Positions 27,639-38,096 are shown, numbered from the stretch's first letter. The stretch is DNA of 57,226 nucleotides from Acutalibacteraceae bacterium (GCA_036549705.1 JAXKHT010000004.1:1-57226); one strand, 5' to 3'. Translations and numbers: made by a program. Notes: a model not told the origin generated them from the letters alone.

Positions 27639-29234
27639 TTATTTTCTACGGTAATCAGGTAATAGCTTTGGAGAAACATTTTCTGTTGTAATGTTTGCAT
27701 CCTCAATCTCTTTCTCAAAACTTGTTACATGGTCAAGTGTTAGCTTGCCAACTGTAACATCTTTTGCCTTAGCAGCAGCGTTTTTACCAGCACTGCGACC
27801 AAATACAATAATATCAAGCAAAGAGTTACCCATTAGACGGTTTCTACCGTGGATACCACCAACAGCCTCACCTGCAACAAACAGGTTAGCAATGTTAGTT
27901 GTCATACAATCGTCTGTAATATCAAGACCACCGTTCTGATAATGTAATGTAGGGTAAACAAGAATTGGCTCTTTACGAATATCAATACCGTACTTTTCGA
28001 ACATACGCATCATTGCAGGAATGCGTTTCTCGATTGTACCCTCGCCACCAATCTTTTCAATCATAGGAGTATCTAGCCATACACCCAAACCGTTGCCAGT
28101 GTCTACACCGTTGCTTCTTGTGCTACACTCACGAATAATAGAAGCAGCAGCAACGTCACGAGTTTCTAGTGGGTGCATAAATACTTCACCGTTGCAGTTA
28201 ACTAGCTTAGCACCTAAAGAACGAACCTTTTCAGTAACCAAAGCACCAAAAATCTGCTCTGGGTAAGCTGCACCTGTTGGGTGATACTGTAGTGTTTCTG
28301 CATAAAGTAGCTTAGCACCTGCACGGTAACCCATAACAAGACCGTCAGCAGTAGCACCATAGTGGTTAGATGTTGGGAAGCCCTGATAGTGCATTCTACC
28401 AGCACCACCTGTAGCTATAATTACAGTTTTAGCCTTTGCAACTAATAACTGATTTGTTTCCATATTCATTAATACTGCACCAGCAGCATTTCCGTTTTCG
28501 TCAAGGATAAGCTCGATAGCTGCTGTAAAATCTACAACAGGAATACCACGGTTGATAACCTCGTCACGAAGTGTTCTCATAATCTCGGCACCAGAGTAGT
28601 CCTTAGCAGCGTGCATACGCTTACGAGATGTACCACCACCGTGTGTAGTAACCATTGTACCGTCTGCATCTTTATCAAACTCTACGCCAAGGTTGCTTAG
28701 CCACTGAATAGCCTCAGGAGCGTCGCAAACTAGCTTAGATAGAAGCTCTCTTTTAGCAGCAAAGTGACCGCCACCAAATGCATCTACAAAGTGAATTGCT
28801 GGAGAGTCGTTTGGCGTGTCAGCAGCCTGAATACCACCCTCTGCCATCATTGTGTTAGCGTCACCAATACGAAGCTTTGTAACAATCATAACATTTGCAC
28901 CGGCTTCGTTAGCCTCAATAGCAGCAGATGCACCAGCACCGCCACCACCAATAATAAGAACATCTACATCATAATCAGGGTTTGACAAATCTATATCGTC
29001 AGCCTTAATACGGCTGTGAGCCTGTAGCATTTCTGCAAGTTCTGTAGGAACCTTGTCGCCTTTGTTAGGGCCAATTTTTAGCTCCTCAAACTCGTCCTTT
29101 TTATAGTCAGGATGATAAGCAACAAGTAGCTCTTCCTTCTGCTGTGCTGTCATACGGGCTGGCTCGTAAGCAATATTACTTTCTCTTGCTTCCTCAACAG
29201 CCTTTAGTGAATTTTGAAATTGTTCAGAATACAT
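27639..29234 (-). CDS. Fumarate reductase/succinate dehydrogenase-family flavoprotein (TfrA-like, soluble)
   Basis: IIGGGGAG, TMMAEGG, GGTSRKR, QYHPTG, TEKVR, ETRD, HYQNGG, GGIHGRNRLMGNSL. Confidence 0.88.
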   Translation of the reverse strand: MYSEQFQNSLKAVEEARESNIAYEPARMTAQQKEELLVAYHPDYKKDEFEELKIGPNKGDKVPTELAEMLQAHSRIKADDIDLSNPDYDVDVLIIGGGGAGASAAIEANEAGANVMIVTKLRIGDANTMMAEGGIQAADTPNDSPAIHFVDAFGGGHFAAKRELLSKLVCDAPEAIQWLSNLGVEFDKDADGTMVTTHGGGTSRKRMHAAKDYSGAEIMRTLRDEVINRGIPVVDFTAAIELILDENGNAAGAVLMNMETNQLLVAKAKTVIIATGGAGRMHYQGFPTSNHYGATADGLVMGYRAGAKLLYAETLQYHPTGAAYPEQIFGALVTEKVRSLGAKLVNCNGEVFMHPLETRDVAAASIIRECSTRSNGVDTGNGLGVWLDTPMIEKIGGEGTIEKRIPAMMRMFEKYGIDIRKEPILVYPTLHYQNGGLDITDDCMTTNIANLFVAGEAVGGIHGRNRLMGNSLLDIIVFGRSAGKNAAAKAKDVTVGKLTLDHVTSFEKEIEDANITTENVSPKLLPDYRRK

Positions 29235-29247
29235 CGTCAGCCCCTCC

Positions 29248-29922
29248 TTATTTCTCTATTTCACGGTTGTTATAAAGCTCTTTAATCTCATCTATTGGCT
29301 TCTGCATTAAAGCCTCGATAAGCTCTACAAATGTACCGTCCTTAATTTCCTGTACACGATTGTCCAGATGGTCACACTTAGGAGCAAGATACTTACCGTT
29401 AATACGACGAGCAAGCATAGCAACCTGTGGGTGTGAAATACCAGCAGGACAACGAGAAGAACATACGCCACACATTACGCAGTCAAAAGACTCCTCTGCA
29501 CATTTCTCAAAATCGCCACGCTGTGCATAAGCAATGTACTGCATTACATTCAAGCCCTGAGTACAGCTTTTTGTACAAGCATTACAACCAATACAAGAGT
29601 AAATCTCTGGGTATAGTTGCATCATAACAGCGTCTGTTGGCTTAATCTTCTCCATATCGTAAACCTGCTTAACCAGTGGGAAGAAAGGCAATGTAGCAAC
29701 GTACATATTGTCTTCTACCTTAGTTTGGCAAGCCAAACAGCTTTTTAGCTCACGGTCACCCTTTATACGATAAATTGTAGCACAGGCACCGCAGAAACCG
29801 TTACGACATCCGCAACCACGAACTAGCTGATAGCCTGCATATTCCATTGCACTCATAATTGTTAGATTGTCCGGAACTTCGTACTTTTTTCCGAACAAAA
29901 ATACGTTTACCATATTTTCCAT
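29248..29922 (-). CDS. Fumarate reductase Fe-S subunit (2Fe-2S + 2x4Fe-4S)
   Basis: GCRNGFCGAC..CLAC; CIGCNACTKSC; CVMCGVCSSRCP. Confidence 0.82.
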   Translation of the reverse strand: MENMVNVFLFGKKYEVPDNLTIMSAMEYAGYQLVRGCGCRNGFCGACATIYRIKGDRELKSCLACQTKVEDNMYVATLPFFPLVKQVYDMEKIKPTDAVMMQLYPEIYSCIGCNACTKSCTQGLNVMQYIAYAQRGDFEKCAEESFDCVMCGVCSSRCPAGISHPQVAMLARRINGKYLAPKCDHLDNRVQEIKDGTFVELIEALMQKPIDEIKELYNNREIEK

Positions 29923-29940
29923 TGTTAATTTCTCCTTGTA

Positions 29941-30774
29941 TCAATACTCGTCAGGTAGTTCGTCAAGCTCGTCAAAACGGAATACAGGGCCGTCTTTACA
30001 AATATACTTAGAACCTACATTACATCTTCCGCATTTGCCAATACCGCACTTCATACGCATTTCAAGAGTAGTGTAAATCTGTGTTTTTTCAAAACCAAGA
30101 GAATACAATCCCTCAAGAGTAAACTTAATCATTATAGGAGGTCCGCACAAAATAGCTGTTTTGTTTGTGTCAAAGCCAAGCTCTTTTACATAGTTTGGTA
30201 CAAAACCAACGTGTCCGTCCCAACCCTCTTGTGGATTATCTATTGTAAGATGAACATTAACGCCTTCGTCATTAGCCCATTCTTCAATAATTTCTTTATA
30301 GTCAAGCAAATCGTCTTTACTTCTTGAACCGTATACAATATCAATAGTACCGTAACGCTCACGGTAATGACGACAGTAGTTAATTACAGAACGCAATGGT
30401 GCAAGACCAACACCACCTGCAATAAACAGCATATTTTGTCCAACAAACTCGTCATCTACAGGGAATGGTGTGCCATATGGCCCTCTTATTGTAACCTGCT
30501 GGCCAACCTCTGCCTGATGTAACCAATCTGTAAGACAGCCACACTTCTTAATAGAAAACTCCATATATTCTGTGTTAGTTGGAGAACAAGTAATAGAGAA
30601 CATAGCCTCGCCTACACCAGGAATAGAAAGCATTGCACACTGACCTGGTCTATGTTCAAAAGGCTTTACACCGTCTGGAGTAACTACACGGAATGTTTTA
30701 ATGTCTGGAGTATCAATGCGAACATCTGTGATAACTCCTATTTTTGGAATTAACGCTTCCTTACGCTCACTCAT
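29941..30774 (-). CDS. flxA: FlxA-like FAD/NAD(P)H oxidoreductase
   Basis: RPGQ, RGPYG, IAGGVGLAPL, CGPPIM, MKCGIGKCGRC..CKDGPVF. Confidence 0.8.
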   Translation of the reverse strand: MSERKEALIPKIGVITDVRIDTPDIKTFRVVTPDGVKPFEHRPGQCAMLSIPGVGEAMFSITCSPTNTEYMEFSIKKCGCLTDWLHQAEVGQQVTIRGPYGTPFPVDDEFVGQNMLFIAGGVGLAPLRSVINYCRHYRERYGTIDIVYGSRSKDDLLDYKEIIEEWANDEGVNVHLTIDNPQEGWDGHVGFVPNYVKELGFDTNKTAILCGPPIMIKFTLEGLYSLGFEKTQIYTTLEMRMKCGIGKCGRCNVGSKYICKDGPVFRFDELDELPDEY

Positions 30775-31795
30775 TTGCTTTTCCTCCAATAGTTTTCATT
30801 ACTTTTACTATATTCATAGATATAGGACATTTAGCCAAGCATCTGCCACAGCCTACACAGCCAAACATACCGTCGTTATTTTCTGGGTAATATACAAGTT
30901 TGTGCATAAAACGCTGACGGAAACGCTCTAGCTGGCTTAGTCTTGGCTGACCTGCTGACATCTTTGTAAAATCTGAATACATACAAGAATCCCAGCAACG
31001 GAAACGAACAACGCCTTTGCCTGTGTTAAAGTCTTTAATGTCATAGCACTGGCAAGTTGGGCAAACAAATGTACAAGTACCGCAACCAAGGCAAGTTTCT
31101 GAAAGCTGGCTCCACTCTGGTGCGTCAAACAGCTCTTGTGTTTTGCCCATACCAAAGCCTGCTGTTGATAGGTTAGCAAGAGGTAGCTTATTCATAATTT
31201 TAGCTGTTTTTTCCTTTTGAACGTCAACAGCCTCTGTTGAACATTCCTCTGTTAAAGCCTCTATCTGCTTTAATAAAGCCTCGCCCTTTTCTGTGTTGCT
31301 CTGCCAGTAAAGGTCTGTTTCTGTTTTCCATACAGAAATATCGCCAGCTGGCTCTGTAGCATCTATACCAAAAGTTTTGCAGAAGCAGGTTTCTGTTGGT
31401 CTTGTACAAGCAACAGAAACTATAACACCATGCTCTCTACGAGAAGCATAGAAGCTATCTACAGGCTCGGTTAAAAATACACGGTCAAGAACATCAAAGC
31501 TTTTAACATCACAAGCACGAACACCAAAAATTACAAAATCCTCAGATTCTGAACGAGTGTCGATAAGCTCAATATTCTTACCCTCTGTTCTAAACTCCAT
31601 TAGGTTTTCTGTTTGAGGGAAGAAGAAATCTTTAGGACTTCTTACAGTGTTAAGGGCATTGCTCCACTTAGCACCCTCTGTCCATTTTGTATATACAGCA
31701 GAACCCTCTGCATTGTCGATAGGCATATATAAAGCAGAAGCCTTAGATATTTCTGCAAATACCTTATCAAGTGATTCTAAAGAACACTTACGCAT
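30767..31795 (-). CDS. flxB: FlxB-like (AsrA-type) Fe-S protein
   Basis: SPKDFFFP, GVRACD, CLGCGTCTFVCPTCQC, RCWDSC, CVGCGRCLAKCP. Confidence 0.78.
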   Translation of the reverse strand: MRKCSLESLDKVFAEISKASALYMPIDNAEGSAVYTKWTEGAKWSNALNTVRSPKDFFFPQTENLMEFRTEGKNIELIDTRSESEDFVIFGVRACDVKSFDVLDRVFLTEPVDSFYASRREHGVIVSVACTRPTETCFCKTFGIDATEPAGDISVWKTETDLYWQSNTEKGEALLKQIEALTEECSTEAVDVQKEKTAKIMNKLPLANLSTAGFGMGKTQELFDAPEWSQLSETCLGCGTCTFVCPTCQCYDIKDFNTGKGVVRFRCWDSCMYSDFTKMSAGQPRLSQLERFRQRFMHKLVYYPENNDGMFGCVGCGRCLAKCPISMNIVKVMKTIGGKANE

Positions 31796-32786
31796 CTGCC
31801 TCACCCCTCTCAAAAACTTCGCCAGGCTCTATATCATCTGTTGTGTAGTTAACAAGTGGGGCTCTTGAGCCAACCTCTTCACCAGCCTGATATTCGCCAT
31901 AGAATGAGTTAATATCCTTAATAAACTTACGGTTTAGAAGATGTAGTGGAATATTCTGTGGGCATACACGAGAACACTCGCCACAGTCTGTACAACGACC
32001 AGCAACGTGGAATGCACGAATAATGTGGAACATTTTTTCTTCAAAGCTGTTTGCAGGTGATTTGTTCTCTACGCCTGATGTTGGGTTGTCGAACACACAC
32101 TTTTCGCAAGTACAAGCAGGACATACGTCACGGCAAGCGTTACAACGAATACACTTTGAAAGCTGTTCCTGCCAGAAAGCAAAACGCTGGTCAGCAGTCA
32201 TATTCTCTAGCTTTTCAACCTCGTCAAAACGGTTGTTGTCAATAACATCTCCGTCTTCACCAATAAGCTCGTCATAAGCAACGTGCTTTTTACTCTTACA
32301 GTTAACGCAACGCTCTGCAATAACATCTTTTGCAACAACTGTAACAGGGTTATCTTCATAAATGCTGTGAACAAGTAGGTTTTCACCATCTGCTTCAATA
32401 GCAGAAATACCGTCACCACAAATTTCTTTAATCTTATTTATATCAGCCATACCCTCGCAAGGAACACCAACTGCATAAACCTTTTCACGGTCAAAACGGT
32501 GTTCTGTTAATAGCTGGTTAAAGCTGTAGGTATCGCAAGGCTTTAAGAATACAAGAACCTTACCGTCGAATTTTCTTGTATTGGCAACTAAATACTTTGA
32601 GAAATTAGCACCGCAGAAATCATTCCAAACAAAATCTGCTTCAATATCCTGTGCTGTTGTAAAAACAGCAGGAGTAATATCGTAGTCAAATTCACCCTTT
32701 TTCCAGCCTAATACAGCTGAAACAGTGCCGTTTTCTAGCAGAGAAATTGCTTTTTCAACCAATACATTTCGCATTACTTTTTGCAT
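31788..32786 (-). CDS. flxC: FlxC-like Fe-S protein
   Basis: KPCD, CIRCNACRDVCPACTC, AGRCTDCGECSRVCP; GGAGG RBS before MQKV. Confidence 0.78.
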   Translation of the reverse strand: MQKVMRNVLVEKAISLLENGTVSAVLGWKKGEFDYDITPAVFTTAQDIEADFVWNDFCGANFSKYLVANTRKFDGKVLVFLKPCDTYSFNQLLTEHRFDREKVYAVGVPCEGMADINKIKEICGDGISAIEADGENLLVHSIYEDNPVTVVAKDVIAERCVNCKSKKHVAYDELIGEDGDVIDNNRFDEVEKLENMTADQRFAFWQEQLSKCIRCNACRDVCPACTCEKCVFDNPTSGVENKSPANSFEEKMFHIIRAFHVAGRCTDCGECSRVCPQNIPLHLLNRKFIKDINSFYGEYQAGEEVGSRAPLVNYTTDDIEPGEVFERGEADA

Positions 32787-33208
32787 CGCAAATCCTCCAA
32801 TCTCTTGTTTTCGCCAAGGCTTGCAACCTTCTCGGCAAAATCGTTCATTGTTGCGGCAAACTTTGCACCCTCTGCCGCAGATACCCATTCTACACGGGTA
32901 CGCTCTCTCTCAATGCCCAAGTAATCAAGCATAGAGAATAGCAACGCCATTCTACGGCGTGTAAAGTAGTTACCGGAAGTATAGTGACAGTCACCAGGGT
33001 GGCAACCACAAATTATAACACCGTCTGCACCACGCTGAAAAGCACGAAGTATAAACATTGGGTTTACACGACAAGAGCATGGTACACGGATAATTTTTAC
33101 ATCTGCTGGGTAATTTAGTCTGTTATTACCTGCAAGGTCGGCACCTGCATAAGAACACCAGTTACAGCAGAAAGCCACAATTAAAGGTTTATATTCGTTT
33201 ACTTGCAT
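32774..33208 (-). CDS. flxD: MvhD/FlxD 2Fe-2S subunit
   Basis: FCCNWCSYAGADLAG, RVPCS, GADGV..GCHPGDCHY, WVSAAEG. Confidence 0.9.
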   Translation of the reverse strand: MQVNEYKPLIVAFCCNWCSYAGADLAGNNRLNYPADVKIIRVPCSCRVNPMFILRAFQRGADGVIICGCHPGDCHYTSGNYFTRRRMALLFSMLDYLGIERERTRVEWVSAAEGAKFAATMNDFAEKVASLGENKRLEDLRCKK

Positions 33209-35193
33209 ATTGCGTCCACCTCCGCTATAATCTGTCCGCTAGCAAAGCCCTTCAAATCCATTGCACCTGAAGGACAGGCAACTGTACAAGCACCACAGCC
33301 CTGACATACAGCAGGGTTAACCTGTGCAACACGGCGAATAGCAGTTGTTCTGTTTGGCATACGGAATTCTTTATCAACATAAGTAATAGCACCATATGGG
33401 CATACACGCTCACAAGAGGAACAGCCATTACACATAAGCTCGTTAGAATGTGCTACACAAGGGTTACCCTTTAGCTTATCCTTAGCAAGCAAGCCAATAA
33501 CCTTAGAAGCAGCGGCACCAGCCTGAGAAACTGTTTCTGGAATATCCTTTGGACCCTGACAAGCACCAGATAGGAACACACCTGCTGTTGGGCTTTCTAC
33601 AGGACGTAGCTTTGGATGAGCCTCTGTAAAGAAGTCGTTTGTATCCATACTTGCTGTTAGCATTGTTGCAAGTGGACGAGCAGACTTGTCTGGCTCTATA
33701 GCAGCAGCCAATACAACCAAGTCAGCCTCTATGTGTAGCTGTTTGTTAGCAATAAGGTCAGAAGCCTGTACCATTAGCTTGTCGCCCTCTGGTGAAACCT
33801 TACCAACCATACCCTTAATATAATGAACACCATATTCCTCTACAGCACGGCGATAGAACTCGTCAAAGTTCTTACCAGGTGTTCTTACATCTATATAGAA
33901 TACATAAACATCAGTATCTGGGTACTTATCTCTTGTTAGCATTGCGTGCTTTGCTGTGTACATACAACAAATCTTAGAGCAATACTCTTTACCCTTTTCT
34001 GCACAAGCAGCACAACGAGAACCAACACACTGTACAAAAACAATAGTATGTGGGTGCTTGTTGTCAGATGGACGAAGTAGCTTACCTGCTGTTGGGCCGG
34101 CAGCATTTGTTAGACGCTCAAACTCAAGTGATGTAATAACATCTTTTGACTGGTTGTAAGCGTACTCATCAAACTTATCCATACTAATAGGATTAAAGCC
34201 TGTTGCAACAACTATTGCACCGTACTTCTCTTCAACAATTTCGTCCTGCTGTTTATAGTCGATAGCACCAGCAGCACAAACTCTTGCACAAAGACCACAC
34301 TTACCGTTTTTAAGCATATTACAAGCGTTAGGGTCAATAGTTGCAACCTTTGGAACAGCCTGTGCAAAAGGAATGTAAATAGCGTGGCGGTTGTCCATAC
34401 CAAGGTTAAACTCGTTTGGAACCTTTTTCATAGGACATTTTTCTACACAAGCACCACAGCCTGTACATAAATCCTCTTTAACATATCTTGCTTTTTTCTT
34501 TATTTTAACATCAAAGTTACCAACAAAGCCGTTAACTTCCTCTACCTCACTGTAAGAGAAAATACGGATTTTCTCGTGCTGTGCAACGTCAACCATTTTT
34601 GGTGTAAGAATACAAGCAGCACAGTCTAGTGTTGGGAAAGTTTTATCTAGCTGTGACATTTTACCGCCGATTGTAGGCTTTGTTTCTACAATATCAACAG
34701 GGAAGCCAGCATCTGCAATATCCAAAGCAGTTTGAATACCTGCAATACCGCCACCAATAACCAAAGCACGCTTTACAACAGGTGTTTCACCAGGAGTAAG
34801 TGGTGTGTTTAGGTTAACCTTGGCAACAGCAGCCTTACCCAAGATAATAGCCTTTTCTGTACCAACTGGGATTTCCTTATGTACCCAAGAGCATTGCTCA
34901 CGGATATTGGCAATTTCAACCATATAAGGGTTAAGACCAGCCTCGGCAGCTGTTTTTCTGAAAGTAGCCTCGTGCATACGAGGTGAACAGGAACATACAA
35001 CAATTCCTGTTAGGTTATGCTCTTTAATAGCATCTTTTATAATGTTTTGTCCCGCCTGGGAACACATATATTGATAGTTAGTGGAAAAGACTACACCAGG
35101 CTCGTTTTTCAAAGCCTCTGACACTGCCTCTACATCAACTGTACCTGCAATGTTGCTTCCGCACCAACATACAAAAACACCAATTCTCTGCAT
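33199..35193 (-). CDS. hdrA: Heterodisulfide reductase subunit A
   Basis: RIGVFVCWCG, CSCSPRMHE, NIREQCSWVH, GGGIAG, DKTFPTLDC, QCVGSR, YCSKICCMY, HPKLRPVE. Confidence 0.96.
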   Translation of the reverse strand: MQRIGVFVCWCGSNIAGTVDVEAVSEALKNEPGVVFSTNYQYMCSQAGQNIIKDAIKEHNLTGIVVCSCSPRMHEATFRKTAAEAGLNPYMVEIANIREQCSWVHKEIPVGTEKAIILGKAAVAKVNLNTPLTPGETPVVKRALVIGGGIAGIQTALDIADAGFPVDIVETKPTIGGKMSQLDKTFPTLDCAACILTPKMVDVAQHEKIRIFSYSEVEEVNGFVGNFDVKIKKKARYVKEDLCTGCGACVEKCPMKKVPNEFNLGMDNRHAIYIPFAQAVPKVATIDPNACNMLKNGKCGLCARVCAAGAIDYKQQDEIVEEKYGAIVVATGFNPISMDKFDEYAYNQSKDVITSLEFERLTNAAGPTAGKLLRPSDNKHPHTIVFVQCVGSRCAACAEKGKEYCSKICCMYTAKHAMLTRDKYPDTDVYVFYIDVRTPGKNFDEFYRRAVEEYGVHYIKGMVGKVSPEGDKLMVQASDLIANKQLHIEADLVVLAAAIEPDKSARPLATMLTASMDTNDFFTEAHPKLRPVESPTAGVFLSGACQGPKDIPETVSQAGAAASKVIGLLAKDKLKGNPCVAHSNELMCNGCSSCERVCPYGAITYVDKEFRMPNRTTAIRRVAQVNPAVCQGCGACTVACPSGAMDLKGFASGQIIAEVDAICK

Positions 35194-35208
35194 TTTGCCT
35201 TTTCCTCC

Positions 35209-35601
35209 TTACTTAGTATATTTTCTGAATGCACTTACAAGTGCCTGCTGTGGAATATTCTCGTCTAGCATAGCAGGAACATCGTCTGCCTTTAGACGGT
35301 TTGCACCCTGCTGACGAATTACAGACAAACGAACAGCCTCAACTAGCTTTGCAGGCTCTACACCACGAGGGCATCTGTCTATACAAGCAAAGCAAGATAG
35401 GCAACGATAAAGTGAGTCTGACTTCATTAAAGGCTCTATATCGCCTGTTTCTACCATATATACAAACTGGTGTGGATGATATTCCATTTCGTCATATGCT
35501 GGGCAAGTAGCTGAGCATTTACCGCAACGCATACACTTCTTTGGGTCTACACCACTGATTCTTTCAATTTCTTTCTGAAGATACTCTTTTGTATTACTCA
35601 T
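35209..35601 (-). CDS. hdrC: Heterodisulfide reductase subunit C
   Basis: CMRCGKCSATCP, CLSCFACIDRCPRGV. Confidence 0.9.
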   Translation of the reverse strand: MSNTKEYLQKEIERISGVDPKKCMRCGKCSATCPAYDEMEYHPHQFVYMVETGDIEPLMKSDSLYRCLSCFACIDRCPRGVEPAKLVEAVRLSVIRQQGANRLKADDVPAMLDENIPQQALVSAFRKYTK

Positions 35602-36385
35602 TTGTATCCTCCTTTACTCCAAGAGCCTCTGCAAGTAGCTCTGTTAGATAAACTACAGGAATTTGAGAACCACCCTTTTCAAGGTTGTAACGGCAAAGTG
35701 GGCAAGCTGTTACAATTTTCTCTGCACCTGCATTTGTTGCACTGTTTGCTACTGCTGTACTCTTTTTATCTGCAAGAGATGGGCTTTCCATTCTTACATA
35801 ACCGCCACAGCACTCGTTACGGTATGGGTAGATTACAGGAGTTGCACCAATAGCACGGATAAAATCTTCTATAATTTGTGGGTTTTCAGGGTCGTCCATT
35901 TGCATAACTGTGTTAGGTCTTAATAATAAACAACCGTAGTAAGCTGCTATTTTCTGACCCTTTAATGGATTAACCACCTTTTCCTTTAGCTTATCAAAGC
36001 CAACAACATCTCTTAGCAATTCTAAATAATGATAAACCTTTGTAGAGCCATCATAGGGAGCCTCTGGTGCCATATAACGGTTTACCTTGTCTGCAAATTC
36101 TGCATCGTTTTGCATTGCATTATTTGTTTGCTTAATAACATTGTGGCAGGCAGAACAGACAGTTACAAGAGCCTGTTCTTTCTCCTGTGCTTCCTTTAAT
36201 GCTCGCACAGAAGACAACTTTGTGGCAACCTCGTCTTTAGCAGTTGTAAACACACCGCCACAACATTGCCAGTTTTCTATTTCTTCCAATGTTACGCCCA
36301 AAACCTCGGCACATTTTCTTGCATACATATCAAGGTCTTTTGCCTTTGTTTTCAGGGTACATCCTGGGAAATAACTTACCTTCAT
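35594..36385 (-). CDS. hdrB: Heterodisulfide reductase subunit B
   Basis: YFPGC, WQCCGG, CSAC, YYGCLLLRP, ECCGG, TACPLC. Confidence 0.93.
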   Translation of the reverse strand: MKVSYFPGCTLKTKAKDLDMYARKCAEVLGVTLEEIENWQCCGGVFTTAKDEVATKLSSVRALKEAQEKEQALVTVCSACHNVIKQTNNAMQNDAEFADKVNRYMAPEAPYDGSTKVYHYLELLRDVVGFDKLKEKVVNPLKGQKIAAYYGCLLLRPNTVMQMDDPENPQIIEDFIRAIGATPVIYPYRNECCGGYVRMESPSLADKKSTAVANSATNAGAEKIVTACPLCRYNLEKGGSQIPVVYLTELLAEALGVKEDTNE

Positions 36386-36494
36386 TGTTTCCGAAACATC
36401 CTTTCGTGTATTTTGGAATTATACAGCTTTATCCCTTTATAGGGGCTGTAAACCATTGAGGTTAATCCCCAATGGTTTATATATTCAGACACTA

Positions 36495-37439
36495 TTATAG
36501 TGAAATCTGCTTAATAACAGACTTTAGGCTATCTGCACTGTTGCGTAAAGCCTGAATTTCAAGGTCTGTAAGTGGTAGCATAATTTTGCTGTGGGCACCT
36601 TCGTGACCAACAATGCTTAACAAGCTTAGGCAAACATCTTCAATGCCATATTCGCCGTGCATCATTGTAGAAACTGTTAGTGTTGTGTCAATACCACTTA
36701 ATAGGCACTTACAAATGTGGCATACAGAAACTGCTACAGCATAGAATGTTGCACCCTTACGCTGAATAACATTTGCACCAGATTTGCGTACATACTCCTC
36801 TAGCTCTGCCTTGTTAATGCAAGGATACTGGTGGTCTGCACTGATTATAGAATCACGATAGTTCTCAACAGGAACATTAGAGATATTAGCTAGTGACCAA
36901 GGAACAAATGATGAATCACCATGTTCACCTAAAACATAAGCGTGAACATTCTGCTGGTTTACTCTGTAATCCTCTGCCAACTTTGCACGCAAACGAGCAG
37001 TGTCAAGAATTGTACCAGAACCAATAATTCTTTCCTCTGGTAAATCTGAACATTTGCAGAATGTATATGTAAGAATATCAACAGGGTTACTTACAATAAC
37101 ATATGTTGCGTCTGGTGCATAACGTGTAATTTGTGGAATAATATCCTTTGTAATGTTTACATTAATCTGTGCAAGGTCTAGTCTAGATTGACCAGCCTTT
37201 CTTGCTACACCTGATGTTAGCACAACAATGTCAGAACCAACAGCATCTGCGTAAGAACCTGCATAAATATTGCAAGAATTGCAGAAAGGTGTACCCTGAC
37301 GAATGTCTAACGCTTCACCAATAGCTTTTTCTCCATTAATGTCAATCATAACGATTTCTGAAGCAATGCCTGCAACAGTCAGCGTATAAGCAATGGTAGC
37401 ACCTACGCTACCGGTACCAATAATAGTAATCTTGTTCAT
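36495..37439 (-). CDS. mdh: LDH/MDH-family dehydrogenase, probably malate dehydrogenase
   Basis: IIGTGSVG, SNPVD, GTILDTAR, GEHGD; loop GVARKAGQSRLDL has Arg at the LDH Gln102-equivalent site. Confidence 0.7.
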   Translation of the reverse strand: MNKITIIGTGSVGATIAYTLTVAGIASEIVMIDINGEKAIGEALDIRQGTPFCNSCNIYAGSYADAVGSDIVVLTSGVARKAGQSRLDLAQINVNITKDIIPQITRYAPDATYVIVSNPVDILTYTFCKCSDLPEERIIGSGTILDTARLRAKLAEDYRVNQQNVHAYVLGEHGDSSFVPWSLANISNVPVENYRDSIISADHQYPCINKAELEEYVRKSGANVIQRKGATFYAVAVSVCHICKCLLSGIDTTLTVSTMMHGEYGIEDVCLSLLSIVGHEGAHSKIMLPLTDLEIQALRNSADSLKSVIKQISL

Positions 37440-37584
37440 AATATGCTCCTTTGTTTAAATTTCAGAAAAAGTAAAATATTTTTCTGATGATAATTTTAGT
37501 TTTTTGAAGTTTAATTGATTACAAACCTTACATTATATGTACAATTTTTAACACCCAAATTTTGTTTGCTGATGTTTGCTGATA

Positions 37585-37602
37585 TTGTTATATTTTTAAC
37601 AA
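37585..37602. promoter_or_regulatory. Putative Rex operator upstream of mdh-hdr-flx operon
   Basis: TTGTTATATTTTTAACAA vs clostridial Rex consensus TTGTTAA-N4-TTAACAA. Confidence 0.5.
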
Positions 37603-38096
37603 ACAAACTACCACTTGGACACTTTCAAAATTATTACATAATTTTCAGCTGTTAAACCAATATAACCTTAACCGAAACCAACACCCACAGCCCCCATATT
37701 ATATGATATGTTTTATCTTTATAAGTTAGGGTACACTTACTGATATTGATTTCTTCATTCCCCATAAGTATAACACATCACACAGCAAAAATCACTACTT
37801 TTCATCAAATTATTAATATTTTTGCAAAATATTTTTATGGAAAAAGAAAACACCATATAACACCAAAGTAATATACGCCCTACACAATATTTTGTGTTTT
37901 TTCAAATTTTTGGCTTTGTAAAAGGATATTTTTTAATTATTTTATTGCACTAATAACCTAAATAATTAATATTTATTTCATATTTCGTTAACAACTTTTC
38001 CTTAAAAGAGGAGTAAAATCCATAAATCACCAGCAGACATAAATTAACAATTTTACACGCTGAATTTAGGCTGGATTTAGAAAGGAAAAAATTTTT

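Noticed and set aside
27639..36385. Methanogenesis, sulfite reductase or hydrogenase interpretation
   Set aside because: No mcr, siroheme AsrC, DsrAB or hydrogenase catalytic subunit; gene order fits Hdr-Flx plus fumarate reductase.
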